This document shows, piece after piece, positions 18,104 to 30,400 of a DNA stretch of 64,000 bases. Under the pieces are notes generated by a model. It made no database searches, was not told the origin of the DNA, and worked only from the letters and a program-made list of their open reading frames with translations. The DNA comes from an uncultured Eubacteriales bacterium (GTDB lineage Bacteria; Bacillota; Clostridia; TANB77; CAG-508). The position numbers were made by a program, and so were the translations under genes. The DNA is taken from NCBI GenBank assembly GCA_949840345.1, contig CATKWX010000008.1:1801-65800 (forward strand). Reading direction: 5' to 3'. Position 1 is the stretch's first letter. The number at the start of each line of letters is the position of its first letter.

Positions 18104-19678
18104 ATGGAAGAATTTACATTAAGGCTAAATAATTTCTTGTTTAATAGCGGAATATTAGGATTTTATAGAGTTCTATACAATGCTGAAAAGCAGAATTTAA
18201 TGGAAGCAAAGGGAAATTGCTTAATTGTTAAAAAATCAGCAATAGATAACTTTGAAGAAGATTATATAAATGCAATGATAGATACTTACGAAGAAGATAC
18301 TAAATGGTACACTATTGTATCTTTAAAGGAAACAGTTAGACAGATAGATCAAGATAGTAAGCAATTAGAAGGGATATATACACAAATAAAGAAAGCAGTA
18401 GAAAGTGCAAGTTATAAATCGGCTTATGAAAGCATACAAAAAAATTCAGAGGAAGATATATATGAAATACTAAAACAAATAAAAGCAGAGACTAATTTTG
18501 AAGCAAAGAAGAAATTAATTATAAAAATAATTGAACATTTAGAAAAAAATAAAAAAGTATATTGTATGAAAGATATAATTTATACAAAAATAAATTGCTT
18601 TTGGGAAAATGTATCTTTTTTAAATCGTTCTGCCAATAAAAAGGATATTAAAGAAGAATATAAGAAAACATTTGTATCGCCATTAAAAGCATATCTAAAT
18701 CAACCTAAAAAAAGTGATTATAGATGTATTGAATGTGGAAATGAAGTAAGCAAATCAGAAGCAAGTGGAATGAGTTGGTTAAAAGATGTTGGGGTTGATA
18801 TGAATAGAAAAAAATCTGGCTTTTGGAATTTCAATGAAGATATGTTTTTATGTCCAATCTGTAATTTGATATATTCATGTGTTCCATTAGGATTCTATAT
18901 GATTGGAAGCAATGGGATATTTATAAATAACAATGATAGTTTTATAGCACTAAAAAGAGATAATCAAATATACAATAGAGATGAAAAAATATCATTAGAA
19001 GGAGCGTACCACAAAACAATATATAATTATATAAATAGAATGAGTCAAATTGGTAATGAAAAGAAAGCAAAATTTGAACCTAAGAATATACAAGTAATAA
19101 AAAGAATTGGAAGTAAAGATAATCAATATTACGAGTTCAATATATTATCAAAAGATAAATTAGAAATTTTAAAAAAGGCATCAAATCAATTTGAATATTT
19201 AGTAAATTCTAATATATATCAAGAAGTGTTAACAAATTTAATTTATAATCAAAAACAATATAATTTAGTGGATAGACTATTAAAGCAAAAATATGAAATA
19301 AATTATGTAAAACCAATTTTAAATATTGAAGCTATTAATATGGAAGGAGGAAGAAAAATGGAAGATAGAAAAAAACTTATTGATGATGTAATAAAAGCGG
19401 GAGAAAGTTTACAAAAGTATTTTTTTGTAAAGAAGGAAAATAACAATAAATTAAAGGCTTATGAATATAGACTTCAAAATGCTTTGAAAGCAAATAAAGT
19501 AGAGGAATTCTTAAAACAATTTACTATGTTTTATGGCAGCTTAAACGATTTTCCAATGCCTAATGGAGAGGGTATATTAAAGTTAATAGAAGATCCAGAT
19601 TATTTTAGATTATTAGGATATTCTTATGTATATGGATTAGGAAAGAGAATAGAAGGGGGAAATAAAAATGAAGAATAA
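18104..19678 (+). CDS. cas8b: Cas8b (Cst1) large subunit, type I-B.
   Basis: ~525 aa; position; Zn-finger-like 'CIECGN...CPICN'. Confidence 0.7.
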   Translation: MEEFTLRLNNFLFNSGILGFYRVLYNAEKQNLMEAKGNCLIVKKSAIDNFEEDYINAMIDTYEEDTKWYTIVSLKETVRQIDQDSKQLEGIYTQIKKAVESASYKSAYESIQKNSEEDIYEILKQIKAETNFEAKKKLIIKIIEHLEKNKKVYCMKDIIYTKINCFWENVSFLNRSANKKDIKEEYKKTFVSPLKAYLNQPKKSDYRCIECGNEVSKSEASGMSWLKDVGVDMNRKKSGFWNFNEDMFLCPICNLIYSCVPLGFYMIGSNGIFINNNDSFIALKRDNQIYNRDEKISLEGAYHKTIYNYINRMSQIGNEKKAKFEPKNIQVIKRIGSKDNQYYEFNILSKDKLEILKKASNQFEYLVNSNIYQEVLTNLIYNQKQYNLVDRLLKQKYEINYVKPILNIEAINMEGGRKMEDRKKLIDDVIKAGESLQKYFFVKKENNNKLKAYEYRLQNALKANKVEEFLKQFTMFYGSLNDFPMPNGEGILKLIEDPDYFRLLGYSYVYGLGKRIEGGNKNEE

Positions 19679-20531
19679 GGGATTAACATTATCAATGATA
19701 ATAGAAACAGAAAGTGCAAATTATGGAGAAGGGTATAACAACATTACTACACTAAAGAAATTAACTAGAGGAGATGGAAATACATACACATATATTTCAA
19801 GACAAGCATTAAGATATAATATAGTAGAACAAATGAAATGTGATAATACACCAGTGGAAGCAATAGGCTCAGGAGAAAAGAAAGTAATACAATTTCATCC
19901 AGATAGTACAATTGCAGAATATCCTGAAATTGACTTTTTTGGATACATGAAAACAAAAGGAGGAGATTCTGCTACAACAAGAAATGCAGTTGTTAGGCTA
20001 AGTAATGCAATTTCTTTAGAGGAATTTGAAGCGGATACAGATTTTTTAACTAATATGGGACTAGCTAAAAGAATAGATGCAAATAACTCTATTGCACAAA
20101 GTGAAATCCACAAATCATATTATGCATATACTATAACAATTGATTTAGATAAAGTTGGAGTGGATAAAGATATTGAAATAAGCGAAGAAGAAAAAAAGAA
20201 AAGAGTAAAAGAGCTGCTAAAAACAATTGAATTTTTATATCGTGATATAAAAGGAAGAAGAGAGAACTTATCACCTATTTTTGCAATTGGTGGAGTTTAT
20301 GATAGAAAAAATCCATTTTTTGAAAATAGAATTCAAGTAAAGAGTAATAAATTAAATACAAGTATGTTAAAAGAAATAATTAATGCTGACGAAGATATAA
20401 GTAAAAACACAAAAGTTGGATATATAGATGGAAAATTTGAAAATAATAGTGAAGTAAAAGAAGAACTACAAACAATGAAGATAAGTGAATTTTTCGATGG
20501 GTTAATAAAAAAAGTAGAGGAGGAATGCTAG
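19668..20531 (+). CDS. cas7: Cas7 (Cst2/DevR) backbone subunit.
   Basis: 287 aa; 'ETESANYGEGYNNITTLKK' typical Cas7-I-B N-terminus. Confidence 0.8.
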   Translation: MKNKGLTLSMIIETESANYGEGYNNITTLKKLTRGDGNTYTYISRQALRYNIVEQMKCDNTPVEAIGSGEKKVIQFHPDSTIAEYPEIDFFGYMKTKGGDSATTRNAVVRLSNAISLEEFEADTDFLTNMGLAKRIDANNSIAQSEIHKSYYAYTITIDLDKVGVDKDIEISEEEKKKRVKELLKTIEFLYRDIKGRRENLSPIFAIGGVYDRKNPFFENRIQVKSNKLNTSMLKEIINADEDISKNTKVGYIDGKFENNSEVKEELQTMKISEFFDGLIKKVEEEC

Positions 20532-21251
<720 letters not shown>

Positions 21252-21263
21252 AAGGAGATTTTA

Positions 21264-23456
21264 ATGGAAAACAAAGCATTAGCAAAAACTGAAAAAGAAA
21301 AAACAATTAAGCAACACACAGATGACTTATTATATCAATATGATATTTTAAAAATTTTGTATAAAGATATTATGGATGAAGATGATTGGCAACTGCTAAA
21401 AGAAGCAGTTGTCCATCATGATTTAGGTAAAATAAACTCTAAATTTCAAAATAAACTATATAAAATATTAAAATACAACGAATTTTTGCCAGAGTTGGAT
21501 GATAATGAAGAAGTACCACATAATTTTTTAAGTCCAGTTTTTATTGATACTAAAGAATTTGAGAAAAAGTATGGATTAACAAAAACTAAAATACTAGTAA
21601 GTGCTGTTTATTATCACCATAATAGAGATGAAAAGCTAATAAGTAAAAATGATATTGAAGATATAAAAAAACAAGCTAAATATATTGGTATGGATAAAGA
21701 TAAAATAAATCCATACTTCAGGAAGTACTTATTAAGCCCGAACTGTGAGGAAGATATTGAAATACTTGAAAGCAGAGAATATATACAAATAAAAGGTTTA
21801 TTAAATAGGCTAGATTATGTAGCAAGTCTTGATAAGAAAGGTGTAAATGTAGAAGAAGAAGTAACACAAGATGGAGAAACAGTAGCAGATATAATAAAAG
21901 GAAAATTTAAAGATTCTTTTAGAGAAGTTCAAACGTATATGTTAGAAAATGAAGAAAATAATTTAGTGGTTGTTTCGTATACCGGAAGCGGGAAAACAGA
22001 AGCAGCGTTATTATGGATAAGAAATAATAAGGCATTTTATACATTACCACTGAAAGTTTCTATAAATGCTATGTACAAAAGAATTAATAATAATATTAAA
22101 TATAACAAAGCGTTGTTATTACATTCTGATGCGTATTCATACTATAAAAATGAAAATGAATTAATAAAGTATGATAGAGCTAAGAGGATGTCTGCACCAC
22201 TTATTATAACTACAGTAGATCAAATATTTAAGATTGCTTTTAAATATACAGGATATGAAGAAATTCTGTCTACATTAAGCTATTCTAAAATAGTTATAGA
22301 TGAAATTCAAATGTACTCTCCAGAATTATTGGCTTATATCTTGTTGGGATTAAGTATGATAACAAAAGTAGGTGGAAAATTTGCAATTATTACAGCTACT
22401 TTTCCACCAGTTTTATATAATATTATGGACTATTTAAAAATACCTTATGTAAAACAAATACAAGAATTTAAACCTCATATTATGAATAGACACAAAATTC
22501 AAATTAGTAATGAAGAAGAATTTAATTTTCAAAAGATTAGAGAAATATCAAAACATAAAAAAGTGTTAATAATTGCAAATACTGTAAAAAGAGCACAGGC
22601 TATATATGAATGTTTAGCTGAAAGTAATGTACATTTATTACACAGTCATTATATAAAAGAAGATAGAGATATTTTAGAAAACAATATTTTAGAATTTGGT
22701 AATAGAGATAAGAATGACGAAAGTGGAATTTGGGTGTCTACACAGATAGTAGAGGCTAGTTTAGATATTGACTTTGATATATTATTTACAGAAATGTGTT
22801 CGATTGATAGTTTATTTCAAAGAATGGGAAGAGTATTTAGAAAAAGATTATACCAAAGTGAAGAACCTAATGTAATTATTTTAAATAATAGAAATGGTGT
22901 TCCATATATAATAGATTCAGATATATACGATTATACATTAAGAGAGCTAGAAAAGTATAATAACAAAAATATTTCAGAAACCGATAAACAAAATATGATA
23001 CGAAACATATTTAGTTTAGAAAAGAATAAAGAATTGAAAGATTCTAAATACTATAAAAAGATAAGAAAAACAATAGAAATGATGGAGGATATAAGACCTA
23101 GCCAAGCGGATAAGGAAGAAATAAGTGATAAATTCAGAGATATCCAAAATGTTTCATTAATACCAGATAATATATATGAAAATCTATATAGTGAAGGAAA
23201 AATAGATATATGGAATAATATATTGAAATCTGAAACAAGTTACTTAAGTGAAAAAATACAAGTTAAAGATGAAATAAGAAAATATGTAGTAAATGTGAGA
23301 TGGAGTAGAAAGTTAGACATAGGCAAGGATGAATTGTTTTATAAAGGAAGTAACATATATAGAACTAGATATACTTATGAATTTAATAAAGATTCAAAAA
23401 GAGGTTTAGGGTTAATAATGAAAAATATGCACAATACAGGATATTTTGATGAATAG
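21264..23456 (+). CDS. cas3: Cas3 (N-terminal HD nuclease plus SF2 helicase).
   Basis: HD motifs 'VVHHDLGK' and 'YYHHNRD'; Walker A 'SYTGSGKTEAAL'; 'VIDEIQMY'. Confidence 0.85.
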   Translation: MENKALAKTEKEKTIKQHTDDLLYQYDILKILYKDIMDEDDWQLLKEAVVHHDLGKINSKFQNKLYKILKYNEFLPELDDNEEVPHNFLSPVFIDTKEFEKKYGLTKTKILVSAVYYHHNRDEKLISKNDIEDIKKQAKYIGMDKDKINPYFRKYLLSPNCEEDIEILESREYIQIKGLLNRLDYVASLDKKGVNVEEEVTQDGETVADIIKGKFKDSFREVQTYMLENEENNLVVVSYTGSGKTEAALLWIRNNKAFYTLPLKVSINAMYKRINNNIKYNKALLLHSDAYSYYKNENELIKYDRAKRMSAPLIITTVDQIFKIAFKYTGYEEILSTLSYSKIVIDEIQMYSPELLAYILLGLSMITKVGGKFAIITATFPPVLYNIMDYLKIPYVKQIQEFKPHIMNRHKIQISNEEEFNFQKIREISKHKKVLIIANTVKRAQAIYECLAESNVHLLHSHYIKEDRDILENNILEFGNRDKNDESGIWVSTQIVEASLDIDFDILFTEMCSIDSLFQRMGRVFRKRLYQSEEPNVIILNNRNGVPYIIDSDIYDYTLRELEKYNNKNISETDKQNMIRNIFSLEKNKELKDSKYYKKIRKTIEMMEDIRPSQADKEEISDKFRDIQNVSLIPDNIYENLYSEGKIDIWNNILKSETSYLSEKIQVKDEIRKYVVNVRWSRKLDIGKDELFYKGSNIYRTRYTYEFNKDSKRGLGLIMKNMHNTGYFDE

Positions 23457-23465
23457 GAGGTTGCG

Positions 23466-23957
23466 ATGAAAAGTGTAACAGGTTTGATGTTCTACTATTA
23501 CTTTATCTGTCAAAGAAAGTTATGGTATTTTGCAAATGAAATAAATATGGAACAAAATAGTGAACTTGTATCTATAGGAAAAGTGTTAGATGAGACAAGC
23601 TATTCTAGAGAAAAAAAGAACATAATGATAGATAATACAATAAATATAGATTTTATAAAGAATGGAGCAGTTTTGCACGAAGTGAAGAAAACTAAATCTA
23701 TAGAAGAAGCTGGAATTTGGCAGATAAAATATTATATGTATTATTTAATGAAAAAGGGTGTAAACACAATTGAAGCTAAAATAGATTTCCCATTATTAAG
23801 AGAAACCAAAGAGGTAATACTTGAAGATGAAGATATAAAGATAATAGAAAATGTAATAAAAAGCATAGAGGAAATAGTATCAAACGATAAAATACCACAA
23901 GTTATAAATGATAAGATTTGCAAAAAGTGTGCATATTATGATTTGTATTATGTATAG
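23466..23957 (+). CDS. cas4: Cas4 (RecB-like nuclease with Fe-S cysteines).
   Basis: N-terminal Cys plus C-terminal 'CKKCAYYDLYY'. Confidence 0.8.
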   Translation: MKSVTGLMFYYYFICQRKLWYFANEINMEQNSELVSIGKVLDETSYSREKKNIMIDNTINIDFIKNGAVLHEVKKTKSIEEAGIWQIKYYMYYLMKKGVNTIEAKIDFPLLRETKEVILEDEDIKIIENVIKSIEEIVSNDKIPQVINDKICKKCAYYDLYYV

Positions 23958-23966
23958 GAGAAGGGT

Positions 23967-24959
23967 ATGAAACAATCATATTATTTATATAAAAGCGGAA
24001 GAATTCAAAGAAAAGATAATACTTTAGAAATTGTATATAAAGATAATACAAAGAAGTCAATACCAGTAGAAAGAGTTGACGATATATATGTAATGACAGA
24101 GTTTGACTTTAATACAAGTTTATTGAATTTTTTAGGTAAGTATGGAATTTCTGTGCACTTTTTTAATTACTATGGGTTTTATACAGGAACTTACTACCCC
24201 AAAGAGGGATTAGTTTCTGGAAAGCTTTTAGTAAAGCAAGTAGAGCACTATAGTGATTTAAATAAGAGACTAAAAATTGCTAAAAGTTTTATAGATTCTG
24301 CGTCATACAATATCTATAGAAATTTAGTTTATTATAATAATAGAGGAAAAGACTTAACACAATACATGGAAGAAATAGAACATTTAAGGAAGCAAATACC
24401 ATTATGCAATGATGTGCAAGAACTAATGGGAATAGAAGGAAATATTAGAAAAACTTATTATGATTCTTGGAATATTATTATAAATCAAGATATAGATTTT
24501 GAAAAAAGAATAAAAAATCCTCCTGACAACGCTATTAACTCACTTATATCTTATGTGAATACAATTATTTATACTAGAACATTAAGTGAGATATATAAGA
24601 CACAATTGAATCCTACTATAAGTTATTTACATGAACCTTCAGAAAGGCGATTTTCTCTTTGTTTAGATGTTTCAGAAATATTTAAACCAATATTAGCAGA
24701 CAGATTAATTTTTTCTATGTTAAATAAAAAACAAATAACAGAAAAGGATTTTGAAGAAGGATTAAATTTTTTATATATAAAAGAAAATGCTAGAAAAGAA
24801 ATTACAAAAGAGATAGATAAAAGACTTCAAACAACTATAAAACATAGAAAACTAGATAGAGAAGTATCGTATGAATACTTAATAAGATTAGAATTGTATA
24901 AATTAATAAAGTATTTTACAGAGGATATTCCATACGAAGGGTTTAAAATATGGTGGTAG
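23967..24959 (+). CDS. cas1: Cas1 integrase.
   Basis: 330 aa; Cas1 fold motifs; position. Confidence 0.85.
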   Translation: MKQSYYLYKSGRIQRKDNTLEIVYKDNTKKSIPVERVDDIYVMTEFDFNTSLLNFLGKYGISVHFFNYYGFYTGTYYPKEGLVSGKLLVKQVEHYSDLNKRLKIAKSFIDSASYNIYRNLVYYNNRGKDLTQYMEEIEHLRKQIPLCNDVQELMGIEGNIRKTYYDSWNIIINQDIDFEKRIKNPPDNAINSLISYVNTIIYTRTLSEIYKTQLNPTISYLHEPSERRFSLCLDVSEIFKPILADRLIFSMLNKKQITEKDFEEGLNFLYIKENARKEITKEIDKRLQTTIKHRKLDREVSYEYLIRLELYKLIKYFTEDIPYEGFKIWW

Positions 24960-24960
24960 A

Positions 24961-25245
24961 ATGTATGTTATTTTAGTATATGATATAAATTTAGAAGAAA
25001 AAGAAGGTCAAAGAGTTTTAAGAAGAGTTTTCAAAACATGTAAAAAGTATTTAGTACATATTCAGAATTCTGTTTTTGAGGGAGAATTATTAGAATCACA
25101 AGCAATAAAATTAAAAGCAGAATTAGATAAATATATACGAGAAGAAAAAGATAGTGTTATTTTATTTAAAAGTAGGAGCCATAAATGGCTAGATAAGGAA
25201 TTTTTAGGAAAAATAGAAGATGATAAAACATCAAATTTTTTATAG
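24961..25245 (+). CDS. cas2: Cas2.
   Basis: 94 aa; 'MYVILVYDI' Cas2 N-terminus. Confidence 0.85.
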   Translation: MYVILVYDINLEEKEGQRVLRRVFKTCKKYLVHIQNSVFEGELLESQAIKLKAELDKYIREEKDSVILFKSRSHKWLDKEFLGKIEDDKTSNFL

Positions 25246-25460
25246 TAATATTTAAGCACATATTATTTTTTAAACTAAATTCATCTGTCGACCTCCAATA
25301 ATGTAAAAATCATGTGGGTACGACAGATGTAAAAAGTATTGATATGATCAAATTTTGTAAATTTTAGTAAGAAATGAAGTTTATAATATTAATATAAAAA
25401 GTAATAGTCGACAGAATATAGGTATCAAACCTATGAGACCCAGGCTCTTTATTAAGACCT
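25246..25460 (+). promoter_or_regulatory. Leader of CRISPR array 2, containing a CATCTGTCGAC / GTACGACAGATG inverted repeat and a third TAGTCGACAGAAT copy.
   Basis: AT-rich; lies immediately 5' of the first perfect repeat; shares the TCTGTCGAC motif with the array-1 leader. Confidence 0.6.
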
Positions 25461-27309
25461 GTATTAATTTAAATATAGTAGAATGTAAATGTATTTTATG
25501 ATTTAGAAGACAATAAAACACGTCAGTATTAATTTAAATATAGTAGAATGTAAATTCAAATTGATTATACATATTTTCTATAGTTAAGCGTTGTATTAAT
25601 TTAAATATAGTAGAATGTAAATGTAGAATTAAATGGCTCTGGAGCAATGGATTTAACTGGTATTAATTTAAATATAGTAGAATGTAAATTATGGAACACA
25701 TATAAAGGGCAGAAAGATATATAAGGTATTAATTTAAATATAGTAGAATGTAAATTTGAAATATAATAGATGTTTAAACTTAATAGAACGTATTAATTTA
25801 AATATAGTAGAATGTAAATTCATTTTTCCAGTATCCAAGTTTTACTTCGTCTATATCAGTATTAATTTAAATATAGTAGAATGTAAATTCATAAATGTGG
25901 CTCTTTCTAATTTCAATTACTTTTAAGTATTAATTTAAATATAGTAGAATGTAAATTTTTGAGATAGTTTCGATGCCAGTCGGACTATCTCTGTATTAAT
26001 TTAAATATAGTAGAATGTAAATAAATCTACTATAGAAGAACCTAGTTTGTCAAAATCTGTATTAATTTAAATATAGTAGAATGTAAATATATTGTTATCT
26101 GTTTTAGAATTTAATTCTGATAGTGTTTCGTATTAATTTAAATATAGTAGAATGTAAATACAAAATCACCAACTTCAACAGTATCTCCAACTTCTGTATT
26201 AATTTAAATATAGTAGAATGTAAATAATTTTGACTTTAAAGCTTCTTGCAAAACTTGAGAGTATTAATTTAAATATAGTAGAATGTAAATAAAGATAATG
26301 GCTTTCCGTCAGTCCATAAAGTATCTTGGTATTAATTTAAATATAGTAGAATGTAAATCGGAGCAACAAGTCAGAAATCACAACGGAGTAAATCAGTATT
26401 AATTTAAATATAGTAGAATGTAAATTGTTTAATTATAAAATAGAGAACAGCTATAAAAAAGTATTAATTTAAATATAGTAGAATGTAAATATGGATTCCA
26501 TATTCATACTCACCGCCTTTCGTTGCGTATTAATTTAAATATAGTAGAATGTAAATTCAAACAATCTAATGTTAATGTCTTGTAGTGGTTCTGTATTAAT
26601 TTAAATATAGTAGAATGTAAATAAACTAACATTAGAACAAGGCACAAGTAAGAATAAAGTATTAATTTAAATATAGTAGAATGTAAATTTATAAATATCC
26701 AACCAGTTAGATACTCTTTTTTCGTATTAATTTAAATATAGTAGAATGTAAATAGAATTTGTAAATAACCATACTCTTGATATAACAGGAGTATTAATTT
26801 AAATATAGTAGAATGTAAATTTAGAATATCCTTTTCCTATTATCAAATCTGCATCGGTATTAATTTAAATATAGTAGAATGTAAATCCGAAAAATAGTAT
26901 ATCACGGGTTGTGAAAAAAATCAGTATTAATTTAACTATAGTAGAATGTAAATGTAAATATAACCTTTTTAAGTAAAGATAATTTGCTATGTATTAATCT
27001 AAATAAAGTAGAATGTAAATGTGTTTGGAATAGTTTTTATTCCGCAATGAGCCAAGCAAGTATTAATCTAAATAAAGTAGAATGTAAATATATATCAGGA
27101 AAAAGATCTAGCAAAGAAGAATATTAGTATTAATCTAAATATAGTAGAATGTAAATAATTTATTTTTTAATAGATTATAGTCTGCTGATGTAAGTATTAA
27201 TTTAAATATAGTAGAATGTAAATGAGTCTTGTGTTCCAAATTTTTCGCTTTGTGTATCAGTATTAATTTAAATATAGTAGAATGTATATTAATTACACAC
27301 ATAATTCCC
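25461..27309 (+). CRISPR. CRISPR array 2, about 29 repeats. Repeat GTATTAATTTAAATATAGTAGAATGTAAAT (I-B type, ends ATGTAAAT). The last ~6 repeats are variants (GTATTAATCTAAATAAAG...), marking the trailer.
   Basis: 65-66 bp periodicity; the repeat differs at 2 positions from the array-1 repeat. Confidence 0.95.
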
Positions 27310-27411
27310 AAACTTTCCCAAAATTTGGGTAAAATATTGCAAGGTTTAATTTGTTATGTTACAATAAAACTAAATTTTGAAATAGCGTTATATGAAAGGT
27401 GATTATTACTA

Positions 27412-30400
27412 ATGGAAAAAGAAAAATTTGAGCTAACAAATCCACAAAAATCTATATGGCTAACTGGGCAGATGTATCAAGATATGCCAATTGAAAATAT
27501 TTGTGGCTCTGTTTATATTGAAACAAAAATAGATTTTGACGCATTAGAAAATGCAATTAATATGTTCATAGAAAAAAATGATAGCTTTCGTATAAAGCTT
27601 ACAAATGATGGAGGGCAAATACGCCAATATATAAGTGACTTTGTACCAACAAAAGTAGAGAAAATAGACTTAGCCAAAGATGAAGATGTATGTAATATTG
27701 AAAAAGAATTAGTGTCTAAAGTTTTTCCACTTATAGATACACTTTTGTTTGAATTTAAAATGTTTAAACTACCAAACGGGCAGGGTGGATTTACAGTTGT
27801 TACACATCATTTAATTGCTGATGCATGGAGTTCTGGTATTGGTGCAAGTGAAATAGTAGATTTTTATGCAGAACTTACTAATGCAAAACCTTGCGAAGAA
27901 AAAGAAATGCCATCATATATAGAATATATTCATACCGAAAAGGAATATTTAAATAGCGAGAGATTTATAAAAGATAAAGAATATTGGGAAAACTTATTTC
28001 AAAATATTCCAGAAATAGCTAAAATTCCAGCTGTAAATGAAGAAGTAACAAACAAACTAGAGTGCAAGGCGAAAAGAAAACAATTTAATATTTCAGGAAG
28101 TGTAATAGAGGAAATTAATAAATTTTGTACCGAAAAAAGAGTTTCTATATTTAATTTCTTTATGGCAACTTTTGCTATATATTTAGGAAAAGTGTCAAGT
28201 TTAAAAGAATTTGTTATAGGAACACCAATTTTAAACAGAAAAACATTTAGGGAAAAGCATACTACAGGTATGTTTATTAGTACTGTTCCATTTAAAATTT
28301 CTTTAGAAGATAATTTAGAATTTGCAAGTTTTGTATCAATAATAGCAAAAGACTCACTTAGTATGTTAAGACACCAAAAGTATCCATATCAATACTTGTT
28401 AGAAGATTTAAGAAAAAGAAATTCATCTATACCAAATTTATATGATATTCTAATTTCTTATCAAAATATAAGAACTGAAAAAGAAACATCAGAAATTATT
28501 CCATTTAAAGTTAAATGGACTCCAAATGATTGTTTATCTGACGGAATGAATATTCATATATATGACATGAATGATACAGGAAGCTTAGATGTAGCATACG
28601 ATTACTTGCTTTCACGCTATGATGAAAACACAATAGATGAAATACATAACAGAATTTTATACATAATAGAGCAAGTACTTAAAAATAACAAAATAGCATT
28701 AAATAATATAGAAATTATAACACCAGAAGAAAAGAAAAAATTGTGCATTGAATTTAACAATACAGAATTTGAATATGATAAAACAAAAACAGTAGCAGAG
28801 CTTTTTGAAGAACAAGTACAAAAAACACCAGAGGCTGTGGCACTTGTATTTGAAAAGAAAGCAATGACATATAAAGAATTAAACGAAAGAGCAAATAGTT
28901 TAGCATATTATTTAAGAGAAAAAGGGGTTACAAGAAATACTATAGTAGGAATTATGGTAAATCGTTCCTTTGAAATGATAATAGCAATTTTAGCTGTTTT
29001 AAAATCTGGTGGCGCGTATATTCCAATAGACCCAGAATATCCGGCAGAGAGAGTTTCATATATGCTTGAAAATAGTAAAAGTAAGTTTTTACTTTCAACT
29101 AAATCCTTAAATGAAAAGCATAATTTCGGGCAAGAAATAATAGAAATTGATTTAGATTCAGAACTATATAATAATCCTAAAGAGAACTTAAAACATATAA
29201 CAAAACCAGATGATTTATCTTACTTAATTTATACTTCTGGCTCTACTGGAACTCCAAAAGGAGTTATGCTTACACAAAAAAACCTATGCAATTTTTGTGA
29301 ATCAATGTACAATAAAATAGAATACTTAAAATCAGATAAACAATATTCTATAGTTTCAGTTACAACAGTTTCGTTTGATATATTTGTTTTTGAAACTATA
29401 GTTTCACTAACACGTGGGCTAAAGCTATTTATGACAAATTATTTTGAACAAAAGATTACTACCAAATTAGAAAGATTAATTAAAGACAATAAAATAGATA
29501 TTATACAAACAACACCATCAACAATGAAATTCCATTTGGATAATTTATCTATAAATTCTAGTTTATCAGACTTAAAATATGTTATGCTTGCAGGAGAACA
29601 ATTGCCAAAATCACTAGTAGAGCGTATCAAAAATATTGCACCAAAGTGTACTATTTACAATGGATATGGTCCATCTGAAACAACTATATTCTCTACAGTA
29701 TGCAATGTAACAGATTTAGATGTTATAACCATCGGAAAACCAATTGGAAATACACAAATTTACATTTTAGGGAAAGACAAAACAATTATGCCTATGCAAA
29801 CTCCAGGAGAAATATACATTGCAGGAGATGGAGTAGGACTTGGTTATAAAGGAAACAACAACTTAACTGAGAAAGGATTTTTGGAAAATCCATTTACAAA
29901 TAATTCTAAATTATATAAAACTGGAGATTTAGGAGTTTGGCTTCCAGATGGAACAATAAAATGTTTAGGAAGAGTAGATAACCAAATAAAATTAAGAGGA
30001 TTACGTATTGAAATTGGAGAAATAGAAGAAATAATAAATTCTTTTGATAGAGAGAAAAAGTTAAAGTCTGCAGTTATATTAAAAAATGAAAATGGGAATG
30101 TTTCTTTGCACGCATTTTATAGTATGCCAAAGGAAGTAGATATAGCGGAACTAAAGAAATTTATTAAAAGCTATCTGCCAAATTATATGATACCAAATAC
30201 CTTTACATATATAGAAAGTATTCCATATACGCCAAATGGAAAAATAGATAGAAAGGCACTACAAAATGTAAAAATAAATACTCAAATAATAGAAGATAGC
30301 GAGTTAAATTTGCCTAGAAATGAATTAGATGAAACTATATATAAAGTTGTAAAAGAAAAATTGAACATTGAAAAATTCGGAATAGACCAGAACATATTTG